Positions 34,949 through 43,503 of a stretch of DNA of 56,110 bases are shown here, one piece after another (position 1 is the stretch's first letter; each line of letters opens with the position of its first letter). The notes below the pieces were generated by a model. The model worked only from the letters and a program-made list of their open reading frames with translations. It searched no databases and was not told where the DNA came from. The translations under genes and the position numbers were made by a program. Origin of the DNA: a bacterium (lineage in GTDB: Bacteria > UBP15 > UBA6099 > JBFMBQ01); contig JBFMFE010000020.1 in assembly GCA_040752295.1 (NCBI GenBank), positions 1 through 56,110 on the forward strand. Reading direction: 5' to 3'.

Positions 34949-37159
34949 ATGACGGCACGTATATTCCCCTTTATCGGGTGGTTCAGAGGATACGACGGCG
35001 GGAAGTTCCGCGCGGACTTCGTGGCGGGGCTGACGGTGGCGATGGTACTGGTCCCGCAATCCATGGCGTACGCGCAGCTTGCGGGGCTGCCGGCGTATTA
35101 CGGGTTGTACGCGGCGTTTGTACCGCCGATGATCGCCGCGATGTTCGGTTCGAGTCATCAGCTTGCGACGGGGCCGGTGGCAATCGTGTCGCTGATGACG
35201 AACACGGCGCTGGCGCCGCTGGCGGCGTCGGGGAGCAGCGAGTACGCAGCCTACGCGGTCCTGCTCGCGCTGCTCGTCGGGGCGTTCCAGTTTGCGCTCG
35301 GCGTTCTGCGCCTGGGTGTCGTCGTTAATTTTCTGTCGCATCCCGTGGTGAACGGGTTCACGAACGCGGCGGCGATCATAATAGCAACGTCGCAGCTTTC
35401 GAAAATTTTCGGGGTGACGGTTGACCAGGCGGAGCATCATTACGAGACCGTTCGCCGGGTAGCGGCGGCGGCTCTGGAGCACACGCACCTGCCTTCCGTG
35501 GGCATGGCGGCGCTTGCTTTCGGGATCATGCTCGCCCTCAAGAAGCTCAACCCGAGGATTCCCAACGTTCTTGCGGCGGTGATAATAACGACGGTTCTGT
35601 CGTGGGCTGCCGGGTTCGAGCACGATATCAAAGCCGATATCGAGAACATTCATTCCGGGGACGTGATCGGGAAGGTACGGCTTTTCAACGGCGTTACGGC
35701 TCGGATCGAGGAAAAAAGCCTGGAGCGGGTCGGGCTGACGAAAAAAATAGAGAAAGAAACGGCGGAACACGGTAAAAAATCGCTTGAAGCGCTGCGGTTG
35801 AGGAACGAATCCGCGGTCTTGAATTTCGAGATAAATCACCTCAAGGAGCAGCAGCTCGAGCTGCGGTCCGCGCTGCGCCGGAACAAATTCGGCGCAGTGC
35901 GGCTTGAGAGCGGCGAACCGATGTTTTTTCTTTTGAATGAAATTCCCGAAGGGATGAAGACGGACGGCAGGACGTGGCGGATGAGGGTCGGCTTCGGGAC
36001 GCTGAAGGAGGACGGACTGGAATTCGCCGGCGGGGGTTCCGTGGTGGGGAAAATCCCGTCCGGGATTCCGATGCCCGAAAGGCCCGCGATTGATCTGAAG
36101 GCCGTGCTGGGCCTGCTTCCGATGGCGGTAATCATTTCCGTTCTGGGTTTCATGGAGGCGATATCGATCGCGAAAGCGATGGCGGCGAAGACGGGACAGC
36201 GGCTTGATCCGAACCAGGAGCTTCTGGGGCAGGGGCTTGCGAACCTGGTGGGATCGGGGTTCAGAAGTTACGCCGTGTCGGGGTCGTTCTCGCGATCGGC
36301 TGTGAACCTGCAGGCGGGCGCGGAGACGGGTTTGTCGAGCGTGATCAGCAGCGTGTGCGTGGGGATCACGCTGCTGTTTTTCACTCCGCTTTTGTATCAT
36401 CTGCCGCAGGCAGTGCTCGCTGCGATCATCATGATGGCGGTGGTGGGGCTTATAAACGTCAGCGGCTTCGTTCACGCGTGGCAGGTTCAGAAGTACGACG
36501 GCGCGATCAGCGTCATCACGTTCGTCGCGACGCTGTATTTCGCGCCGCATCTGGACCGTGGCATCCTGATCGGGGTGGCGCTGTCGCTGGGGCTGTATCT
36601 TCTGAGGAACACGAGACCGGACATAGCGATACTCAGTCTTCATCAGGACGGTTCGTACCGGAGCGCGTTGAAACACGGGCTGGAAGAGTGCAGGCACGTC
36701 GCGGCGATCCGTTTCAACGGTTCGCTGTTTTTCGCGAACGTGAGCTACCTTGAGTCGATCATTTTAGAGGAGATCGGGGCGAGACCGGAGATGAGGCATA
36801 TCCTGCTCGTGTGCAACGGGATAAACGAACTGGACGCATCGGGAGAGGAAATGCTTTCGGTTTTCGTGGACAGGCTCAGGGAGGGCGGGCACGACATATC
36901 GTTCAGCGGGTTCAACGACCACGTGATTGACGTGATGAAGCGGACGCACCTGTACGAAAAGATCGGTGAGGATCACATGTTCCGGAACGTACAGGGTGCG
37001 CTTCAGGTCATCCACTCGGACGCGCACAGGGGGTACGACGAGGAGATATGCCCGCTCAAGATGGTGGCGCCGAAGGCGCCCGTTCAGCAACGGGTCGGGG
37101 GGCGGGGAGGGCGTTTTGCGCGCGCTGGGAGAGAACGGAAGCCGCCCTTTGAAGTATGA
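34949..37159 (+). CDS. SulP-family anion transporter with a STAS domain and an internal insertion of about 140 aa
   Basis: GLTVAMVLVPQSMAYAQLAGLP SulP signature, with a C-terminal STAS (NGINELDASGEEML). Confidence 0.88.
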   Translation: MTARIFPFIGWFRGYDGGKFRADFVAGLTVAMVLVPQSMAYAQLAGLPAYYGLYAAFVPPMIAAMFGSSHQLATGPVAIVSLMTNTALAPLAASGSSEYAAYAVLLALLVGAFQFALGVLRLGVVVNFLSHPVVNGFTNAAAIIIATSQLSKIFGVTVDQAEHHYETVRRVAAAALEHTHLPSVGMAALAFGIMLALKKLNPRIPNVLAAVIITTVLSWAAGFEHDIKADIENIHSGDVIGKVRLFNGVTARIEEKSLERVGLTKKIEKETAEHGKKSLEALRLRNESAVLNFEINHLKEQQLELRSALRRNKFGAVRLESGEPMFFLLNEIPEGMKTDGRTWRMRVGFGTLKEDGLEFAGGGSVVGKIPSGIPMPERPAIDLKAVLGLLPMAVIISVLGFMEAISIAKAMAAKTGQRLDPNQELLGQGLANLVGSGFRSYAVSGSFSRSAVNLQAGAETGLSSVISSVCVGITLLFFTPLLYHLPQAVLAAIIMMAVVGLINVSGFVHAWQVQKYDGAISVITFVATLYFAPHLDRGILIGVALSLGLYLLRNTRPDIAILSLHQDGSYRSALKHGLEECRHVAAIRFNGSLFFANVSYLESIILEEIGARPEMRHILLVCNGINELDASGEEMLSVFVDRLREGGHDISFSGFNDHVIDVMKRTHLYEKIGEDHMFRNVQGALQVIHSDAHRGYDEEICPLKMVAPKAPVQQRVGGRGGRFARAGRERKPPFEV

Positions 37160-37886
37160 ACGCCGCCATGAGCGCGAGCACCGATTCGCCCTCTATGAAT
37201 ATCCTGCGCGCGAGATAGGCGTTGACGGGGTCGGCTTTTCCTGCGACGAGGTCGTGGAAGGCGTCGAGGTTTTCGAAGAGGACGCGTGCGTGGGGCGCGG
37301 GGTGCGCGCCCCTGTGCGCGGCGACGGCGCCGGGGTTGAGGGCGAGGTGGATGAAGGGTCCGGCGGGGAGGACGCCGATCTGGACGATTTCGCCGTTGAC
37401 GTCCCTGATGACGGAGCGGATTTGGGGGTCGAGGCGGGCGACGGACTCCATGGCGTACGAGGCGGCGTGGAGGAGGAGTTTCGCGCGGAGTTTTCTATCG
37501 GACCTGGCGAACAGCGGCACGGAGGGATGGAGCGTTGCGCCCATGAGGGCGGACGCCGCGGCGATCAGCGCGGCGGTGAAGACGTCCGGGGTCCGGCGTT
37601 TGAGGGCGGGAAAGGCGGCGGTTTTACCGCCGAGGAGGGCGCCGAGCTGCTCGAGGCTCTGGAAGCGGAGGACGAGGGAGGGATTTTCGACTATGCCGGC
37701 GCCGGTTTTCAGTTCGCCGCGCACGACCGCGACCTGCCGCGCGAGCCGCTCCCGTTCGACCTCGATCTGAACGGACTTCATTCCGCCCGAAAGCATTTTC
37801 AAGCCGGTCTTTGAGGAGACGAATTCCTCGAGGAGAGGAAAGAACGTTTCCAGGAAAACCGCCGCTTTGAGGGCGTCGGGGTTCAA
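37056..37886 (-). CDS. tandem SCP2-like (sterol/lipid carrier) domain protein
   Basis: Two SCP2-like halves (...LEQLGALLGGK... and ...FHDLVAGKADPVNAYLARRIFIEGE...). The probable TTG start overlaps the upstream TGA (ATTGA). Its 3-prime end overlaps the sulP 3-prime end. Confidence 0.45.
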   Translation of the reverse strand: MNPDALKAAVFLETFFPLLEEFVSSKTGLKMLSGGMKSVQIEVERERLARQVAVVRGELKTGAGIVENPSLVLRFQSLEQLGALLGGKTAAFPALKRRTPDVFTAALIAAASALMGATLHPSVPLFARSDRKLRAKLLLHAASYAMESVARLDPQIRSVIRDVNGEIVQIGVLPAGPFIHLALNPGAVAAHRGAHPAPHARVLFENLDAFHDLVAGKADPVNAYLARRIFIEGESVLALMAAFILQRAASVLSQRAQNALPAPRPVAERAPSAPPS

Positions 37887-39025
37887 TCGTACCTCCCGAA
37901 TCTGTGAGCGGTCTGAATCATGCGGAGGATGTTTTCGTCGGGTGTGTCTCTGCCGCACTGGTCGCCGGTGGAGAGGATGAAGCCTCCGCCCGGGGCGGCG
38001 TCACGGATCGCCTGGATGCATTCCTTTTCGACCTCGTCGGGCGTGCCGTGGAGCATGAGCGTGGTTGTGGGGAGGTTGCCCATGAGGGCGAGTCTGTGTC
38101 CGTAGAGTTTTTTCACTTCTGCGAGGTCGCAGTCGCCGAGCGGGGGACGTTCGAGGGGGTTGAGGCAGTCGAGCCGGGTTTCGGCGGCGCATATTTCGAC
38201 GAGCGCCCTCGCCTTGCCGCAGGAGTGCATCATGGAGGGGATGCCGGCTTCGTTCGCCATTTTAGTGATGGTTTTGAGGGTGGGAAGCGAAAGCCGGCGG
38301 AAGATTTCCGGGGACTGGAGGGTGATGCTGCCGGAGGCGGCGATGTCGAGGAAATCGGGTCTGAAGTCGAGGATCGCCTCGGTCATTCTGACGGTGAGGT
38401 TGTGGTGGAGGAGTCGGAGTTCCTCGATGAGGTCGGGGCGGTCGTAGTAGGAAAAGACGAGGTTTTCGAGGGGCGCGAACTCGACCCAGCCCTGGAATCC
38501 GGGGAGTGTGACGGCGACGCCGAGAGCGCCGCGTTCGCCGAGTTCGTCGCGGCGGCGGGCGGAGTTTTCGAAGCCGAAGCCTCTGACGTTGCCGAGGAGC
38601 CAGCGCACTTTTTTGACGTCCGCGGCGAGGTCTTTAAGGGGGTGCGCCGTGACGGCGGGCGGGTTGTCGCGGCGGAAGGTGACTTCCGCGGAGATGGCGC
38701 CGTGGGGGGTGTCGAGGGAGACGGCGCCGATTATGCAGGAGCGCGAGAGCGTTCGGGGGGTGAGCGTGAACGGCGGGGTTTTCCGGAGTTTCAGGTCGGG
38801 TACCCAGCTTGACCAGCCGTCGAAGCCGAAGTATTTCACGGCGTCAATGTAGGCTTTCCACAGGGGCGGGTTCTGGAAGAGGTAAACGTCCCAGAAGGGT
38901 TTTCCGGTGAGGCGGCAGGGGATCATGTTGGAGATGTCCGGGCAGACGGGGACGCGGTCGGGCTGCCCGCCCCTTAGTGCGGCGATGAAGCGTTCCCTGG
39001 GGGTCATTGCGCCTGCGGTCGTCAT
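37883..39025 (-). CDS. uroporphyrinogen decarboxylase (URO-D) superfamily protein, MtaA/CmuA-like
   Basis: RERFIAALRGGQPDRVPV N-terminus and C-terminal ...GGGFILSTGDQ pattern, both typical of URO-D/methyltransferase-like enzymes. Confidence 0.7.
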   Translation of the reverse strand: MTTAGAMTPRERFIAALRGGQPDRVPVCPDISNMIPCRLTGKPFWDVYLFQNPPLWKAYIDAVKYFGFDGWSSWVPDLKLRKTPPFTLTPRTLSRSCIIGAVSLDTPHGAISAEVTFRRDNPPAVTAHPLKDLAADVKKVRWLLGNVRGFGFENSARRRDELGERGALGVAVTLPGFQGWVEFAPLENLVFSYYDRPDLIEELRLLHHNLTVRMTEAILDFRPDFLDIAASGSITLQSPEIFRRLSLPTLKTITKMANEAGIPSMMHSCGKARALVEICAAETRLDCLNPLERPPLGDCDLAEVKKLYGHRLALMGNLPTTTLMLHGTPDEVEKECIQAIRDAAPGGGFILSTGDQCGRDTPDENILRMIQTAHRFGRYD

Positions 39026-39085
39026 GAGGCGTTTTCGATCACCTGGCGCTGGCGGTGAAAGGGATGCTTTTTCAAAGTAACCCCG

Positions 39086-39847
39086 TTACGGCGGCGGGGA
39101 AGTTCCGCGCGCGCTTTTTGTTTTCGACCGCCTGGGGGTTTTGAACGCGCCGGTGATGACGAGTCTTTCCCTTGCGAGCCGGCATTTTTCGATGGTCGCG
39201 AGGAACTCGAGGTTGAGGTATTCGTCGGCTTCGCCGGCGACGAAGTAGTCGAGGTCAAGCTCTTCGAGGTCGAGAACGGTATTGAGCGTTCCCTCGATGA
39301 AGCGCGCGAAGGAGCGGGGCAGCGCGAGGCGGAAGATGGAAACCCTCCGGGGCTTGAGGAGCAGAAGGGTTTTATCGTGGACGCGCGGGGCGCCGTCGAG
39401 GGAGAAGCTGACGGGGTAGCCTAATCCGACGTCGAGGAGACCGTGGACGGAGACGCGGTCGGGCGCGATTTCGGCGGACTCGACCATGACGCCGGGGTTG
39501 AAGTAGACGAGCGCCTCGGTGAGGGCGTCCTCGTCGAGCACTATGCGGAAGGTTATTTCCGTGGGCGGGGGATTTCGCGATGGCGCGCGGCGCGACCAGG
39601 CGTCGAGGTCGTGGACGGCGACGACGACTTCCGGGACGGTCATGACGTCGGTTTCCCAGTCGGCGAGCGTGACGGTGAGCGTGGTTTTGTCGTTTTCGGT
39701 GGTCTGGAGGCGGACGGTGAGGCGCGCGTCGGCGCCGATGCCGGCTGCGAGGCGTTTCTTCAGCTGCGGTTCGACGTCCTGGAGAGGCGTTCCCGCGGCG
39801 TTAAGGGCGAGGGCTGTGCCGAGTATGAAAACGAGCAGGTTGGTCAT
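39086..39847 (-). CDS. hypothetical exported protein (possibly DUF2993/LmeA-like)
   Basis: N-terminal signal peptide MTNLLVFILGTALALNAAG. Coding-like composition and operon position support it. The family assignment is weak. Confidence 0.45.
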   Translation of the reverse strand: MTNLLVFILGTALALNAAGTPLQDVEPQLKKRLAAGIGADARLTVRLQTTENDKTTLTVTLADWETDVMTVPEVVVAVHDLDAWSRRAPSRNPPPTEITFRIVLDEDALTEALVYFNPGVMVESAEIAPDRVSVHGLLDVGLGYPVSFSLDGAPRVHDKTLLLLKPRRVSIFRLALPRSFARFIEGTLNTVLDLEELDLDYFVAGEADEYLNLEFLATIEKCRLARERLVITGAFKTPRRSKTKSARGTSPPP

Positions 39848-39865
39848 GGGATCATCGGGCGCGGG

Positions 39866-41041
39866 TCACATGATAGTGGAAACGATCGCGCCCGCGGCGT
39901 TCCAGGAGGCGTGCAGCGCGACCGCCGGGACGATGGACGTTCTTTTTTCGTATGAGAAGGCGCAGGCGGCGCCGAGGACGAATCCGGCGAGACTGCCGTA
40001 CGCGTAGAACCGGAATGCGGCGAAGAGGGCGGAGGAGAGGAGAATCGCGGGCGGGGCGGAGAGGCGCGTTCTGATCGCGGAATGGAGCACGCCGCGGAAG
40101 ATTATTTCCTCCGCGAGGGGCGCCATAAAAACAACGAACAAGAAGGTGAGCGCGGACGGTTCGAGGTCTCCAAGGAGGGTTGAGTTCCCCACCGTGAGGT
40201 TTCGCAGGGAATCGAAGACGGCGGCGGGACCCAACCCGGTGATGCCGCGGAGCGCGTACGACGCGCCCGCCGCGGCGAGGAGGACGGCGCCGAGCGCCGC
40301 CGCGATCAGCAGGAACAGCTTCAGTCCGTAGCCCGCTTCCGCGTAAAAATTCCTCCAGCGAAGTCCCACAGTTCCGCGGCCGGCGCCGGGGACGCGGCGG
40401 AGGTAAACGTATATCACCGAGAGAACGAGCGCGTACGTGAAGATGCTGAAGAGGTGAGATTGAAGCGCGAGGGAAACGGAAAGGCGGTCTTCGGGGTCGG
40501 CGCCGAGGAGGCTGAAAAAATCGAGGTATTCGCAGAGCGCGGCGGCGGCGATGACGGAGAGGGCTGAGAGAGCGAAAACGGCGGCGGCGCGGCCGATTTT
40601 CAGCGTGGAGTCGAACCGGTCGGCGGCGTACGGCGTCGGGCGCGAGTCCGCGGGCGAACGCCTGCCCCGCGAAAGCCTTCCGAGGTTTCTTTCCGCGAGG
40701 TTGCTCTTGCCCGGAACCTGGAGCGCGGCGGCTTCCCCGTACTCCTCGAGGGCTTTTTCGGTCTCTCCGGTCTGTTCATAAGCGAGGGCGAGGTGAAAGT
40801 GGGGTTCGACAAGCTCGGGGTTGAGGGCGAGCGTTTTGTGATAGCAGGCGACGGCGCGGTTCCACTGTTTGCGCTTGTGATAGACCCTTCCGAGGTAGTA
40901 GTAGAGCATGGCGTGGCGCGGGTTTTTGTTTATGGCTTCCTTGAACTCCGCCTCGGCTTCATCGAGGCGTTCCCGCTCGAGGTAGAGGCAGCCGAGCCTG
41001 AGGTGGGGGACAAAGGAGAGCGGGTCCTGGGATTGATGCAT
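39866..41041 (-). CDS. TPR domain fused to a CPBP (CAAX-type) intramembrane protease domain
   Basis: N-terminal TPRs (AEFKEAINKNP..., YYYLGRVY). The C-terminal EEIIFRG, FAAFRF and HASWN are CPBP motifs. Confidence 0.75.
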   Translation of the reverse strand: MHQSQDPLSFVPHLRLGCLYLERERLDEAEAEFKEAINKNPRHAMLYYYLGRVYHKRKQWNRAVACYHKTLALNPELVEPHFHLALAYEQTGETEKALEEYGEAAALQVPGKSNLAERNLGRLSRGRRSPADSRPTPYAADRFDSTLKIGRAAAVFALSALSVIAAAALCEYLDFFSLLGADPEDRLSVSLALQSHLFSIFTYALVLSVIYVYLRRVPGAGRGTVGLRWRNFYAEAGYGLKLFLLIAAALGAVLLAAAGASYALRGITGLGPAAVFDSLRNLTVGNSTLLGDLEPSALTFLFVVFMAPLAEEIIFRGVLHSAIRTRLSAPPAILLSSALFAAFRFYAYGSLAGFVLGAACAFSYEKRTSIVPAVALHASWNAAGAIVSTIM

Positions 41042-41107
41042 GGGGTTTGCGTTTTTGCGAGTTAATCGAACGTTTGAAACGGTCTCGGCGCCGTCCGGAG
41101 GGCGCGC

Positions 41108-42118
41108 CTACGGTTCTTTAGAGACGACAAGCCCGGTTGTGTCAACTAAAAAGGGGATGATCTTCGCGCCGCGTTCGGAGAGGGCGCGTTCGACGTCCCG
41201 GCGGCGTGACGGGTGGACGCATGAGATCATGCAGCCGCCGCCGCCTGCGCCGCAGATTTTGCTTGCCTCCGCGCCCGCCGCTTTCGCCGCCGCCATGAGT
41301 TCCTCGATCACGTGGGTCGAGACACCCTCGGCGAGGTTTTTCCTGTTTTCCCATTCCATAGCGAGGGCTTCGGGGAAGCGGTCGAAGCGTTTTTCGAGGA
41401 GGATCGAGCGCATGAGCATCGCGATTTCCCTGATGCGCCCGAACCGCCGCACGGTGTCATGGACGCCGTCAACGTAAGCCTTGATCATGTTCCAGTTGCT
41501 TACGGCTGAAAAGTGCGACTGACCGGTGAATGAAAGGACGAGATTTTCCTCAAGGAAGGCTTTCACCCCGCCGTCGGGGTCGAGGGGTTCTATCTGGTCA
41601 CCGTTGACCTGAAACCAGATCGCGTTGACGCCTCCGCGTGTGGCGGAGTAGTAGTCCTGCTTTCCGGTGGGGATGCGGATGGACTGTGCTTCGAGGTTGG
41701 CGCCGGTGTGAATTATGTCCTCCTTCGAGCAGGGCGCTCCGATGAGTTCGTTGAGGGCATGGCTCAGCGCGATGAGGAGGGCGGAAGAGGCGCCGAGGCC
41801 GGAGCCTTTGGGGACGCCGCTTCTGGTTCTGACGGTGATGCCGGTTTCGGGCTTGTAGAAGGCAATGACGCGTGCGATGAGGTCGAGCGGTCCGCCTGGC
41901 AGGAGCGAGGCGAGATCATCGAAGAGGGCGCTCTCGCCGAGGTCTTCGGCGATTATTTCAATCCTGCCGTCGCCGCGGGCGTGGATTTCGACCTCGCTGA
42001 GGAGGTTGACGGCAGCGTTGACGGTGACGGCGCCGCCTTCGAGAACGTAGAGGGGGAATATGTCGAGCGTGCCGCCCGCGAGGTCAATGCGGACGGGCGT
42101 TCTGGACTGGATTTTCAT
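41108..42118 (-). CDS. GHMP-family sugar kinase (HddA/fucokinase-like)
   Basis: RTPVRIDLAGGTLD and the GVPKGSGLGASSAL GHMP motif. I trimmed the start to MKIQSRT, which has TGtTATAAT just upstream. Confidence 0.8.
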   Translation of the reverse strand: MKIQSRTPVRIDLAGGTLDIFPLYVLEGGAVTVNAAVNLLSEVEIHARGDGRIEIIAEDLGESALFDDLASLLPGGPLDLIARVIAFYKPETGITVRTRSGVPKGSGLGASSALLIALSHALNELIGAPCSKEDIIHTGANLEAQSIRIPTGKQDYYSATRGGVNAIWFQVNGDQIEPLDPDGGVKAFLEENLVLSFTGQSHFSAVSNWNMIKAYVDGVHDTVRRFGRIREIAMLMRSILLEKRFDRFPEALAMEWENRKNLAEGVSTHVIEELMAAAKAAGAEASKICGAGGGGCMISCVHPSRRRDVERALSERGAKIIPFLVDTTGLVVSKEP

Positions 42119-42321
42119 CGCCGCCACCGCGTAAATTATAACAGCCGGCGCGGCGGGGGTTGTAGTGGGACGGCGCGCGGCGGCGCGGGAGCGGGAGACG
42201 AGCCTGTGGGGAAACCGGGGGGCGGCGGGGATGAGTTGCCGGAGACGGCGGCGCGGGGCGGGGAACGGTGTAGAATTCAAGTGTGCATGTGACGCGGAGG
42301 TTTTCCGGGGGAGGCGGTCGG

Positions 42322-43443
42322 ATGAAGCATGATTCTGGATGCGCGCTGCGGGTCGCGATCTTTTTTGTTGTGACGGCGACGCTAATTTCAGGCGCGTGCG
42401 GCGGCGTGGAGCAGCAGGCGGGCGCGCCGCCCGTTGAGAGGGTCCTGCCGGCGGACCTGGTGGAGAAGTACCGCCACTACAGGGAGAGTTACCGTGAGCG
42501 GCATCTCTATCTCGGGGGCACGAGCGAGGCGAGGCTGGACGAGGAGACGAAGTCCGCTGTGGTGGAGTACCGCGCGCTGGGCGACAACCAGGGCTGGACG
42601 GGCGTCAGCATGGCGGCGTTCGCCCTTCAGGGGGACTGGGAGCTTGTGCGCGGGAACTTTTCCTACTGGGACGCGGTGGAACTGGAACCGGGGAAGTACG
42701 AGAGGTTTCCGGGGGTTCCCGACGACTACTGGTCCGGGGAGACGAGCATAGACCAGTACGGGAAGATGCTGATGGGGCTGACGGCGGTGTACATCACGGG
42801 ACCGCGGGAGCTTCGCAGCCGCGCGGCGGAGATAACGCTGGAGATGATAAGGTACGGGAAGGCGCACGGGTGGGTGATGGGGTGGGGACCATGGGCGGAC
42901 TGCGGGCACATAAGGTACCTGTTTCACCTCATGAGCGAGAGGATGGGTCTTGGCGAGGACGTGAGGAAGGAGGGCGAGAGCGTGGAGGAGATGAGGGAAG
43001 AATTCTACATGACGTTGAAGCAGGCGCCGCTGATCCGCCAGTTTGCGCCGGGAAATTATTTCACGCTGAACCTTTTTTTCGAAAGGCTCATCACGGCGAA
43101 GATGCTGAAGCCGGATTTGGAGGGATTGGACAGGGCAATCGGCGAGTGGCACAGGGCGGTGAGGAAGGACGGGAACGCGCTGTTCGACTGGTTCCACGCC
43201 CGTGTTTTCGGGAAGGATACGTCGTTCGTCGTGGACGAGCTGCGGAAGTTTCCCCCCGAACTGCCGAACAGCTGGTCGGCGACGGGTTACAACGTGGACT
43301 ACCGGTGGACGAGGAGACCGGAGACGTGGAAAAAGCACGCGGAGGAAGGACCGCCGGGGGGGAGCATTGAATACGCGGGCGTGGACTTCATGGCGCTCGC
43401 GTCGTTCTACTCGTATTTCGAGGTTGAGGATTTCCGGCGTTGA
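42322..43443 (+). CDS. hypothetical lipoprotein
   Basis: GGAGG SD, and an LISGAC lipobox after a hydrophobic N-terminus. I recognise no family. Confidence 0.55.
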   Translation: MKHDSGCALRVAIFFVVTATLISGACGGVEQQAGAPPVERVLPADLVEKYRHYRESYRERHLYLGGTSEARLDEETKSAVVEYRALGDNQGWTGVSMAAFALQGDWELVRGNFSYWDAVELEPGKYERFPGVPDDYWSGETSIDQYGKMLMGLTAVYITGPRELRSRAAEITLEMIRYGKAHGWVMGWGPWADCGHIRYLFHLMSERMGLGEDVRKEGESVEEMREEFYMTLKQAPLIRQFAPGNYFTLNLFFERLITAKMLKPDLEGLDRAIGEWHRAVRKDGNALFDWFHARVFGKDTSFVVDELRKFPPELPNSWSATGYNVDYRWTRRPETWKKHAEEGPPGGSIEYAGVDFMALASFYSYFEVEDFRR

Positions 43444-43503
43444 CGTCCGAAACGGCGCGGAGGACGCCGCGCCGCAGCGCGCGCGGAGGCGAACCTCCGG
43501 CGT

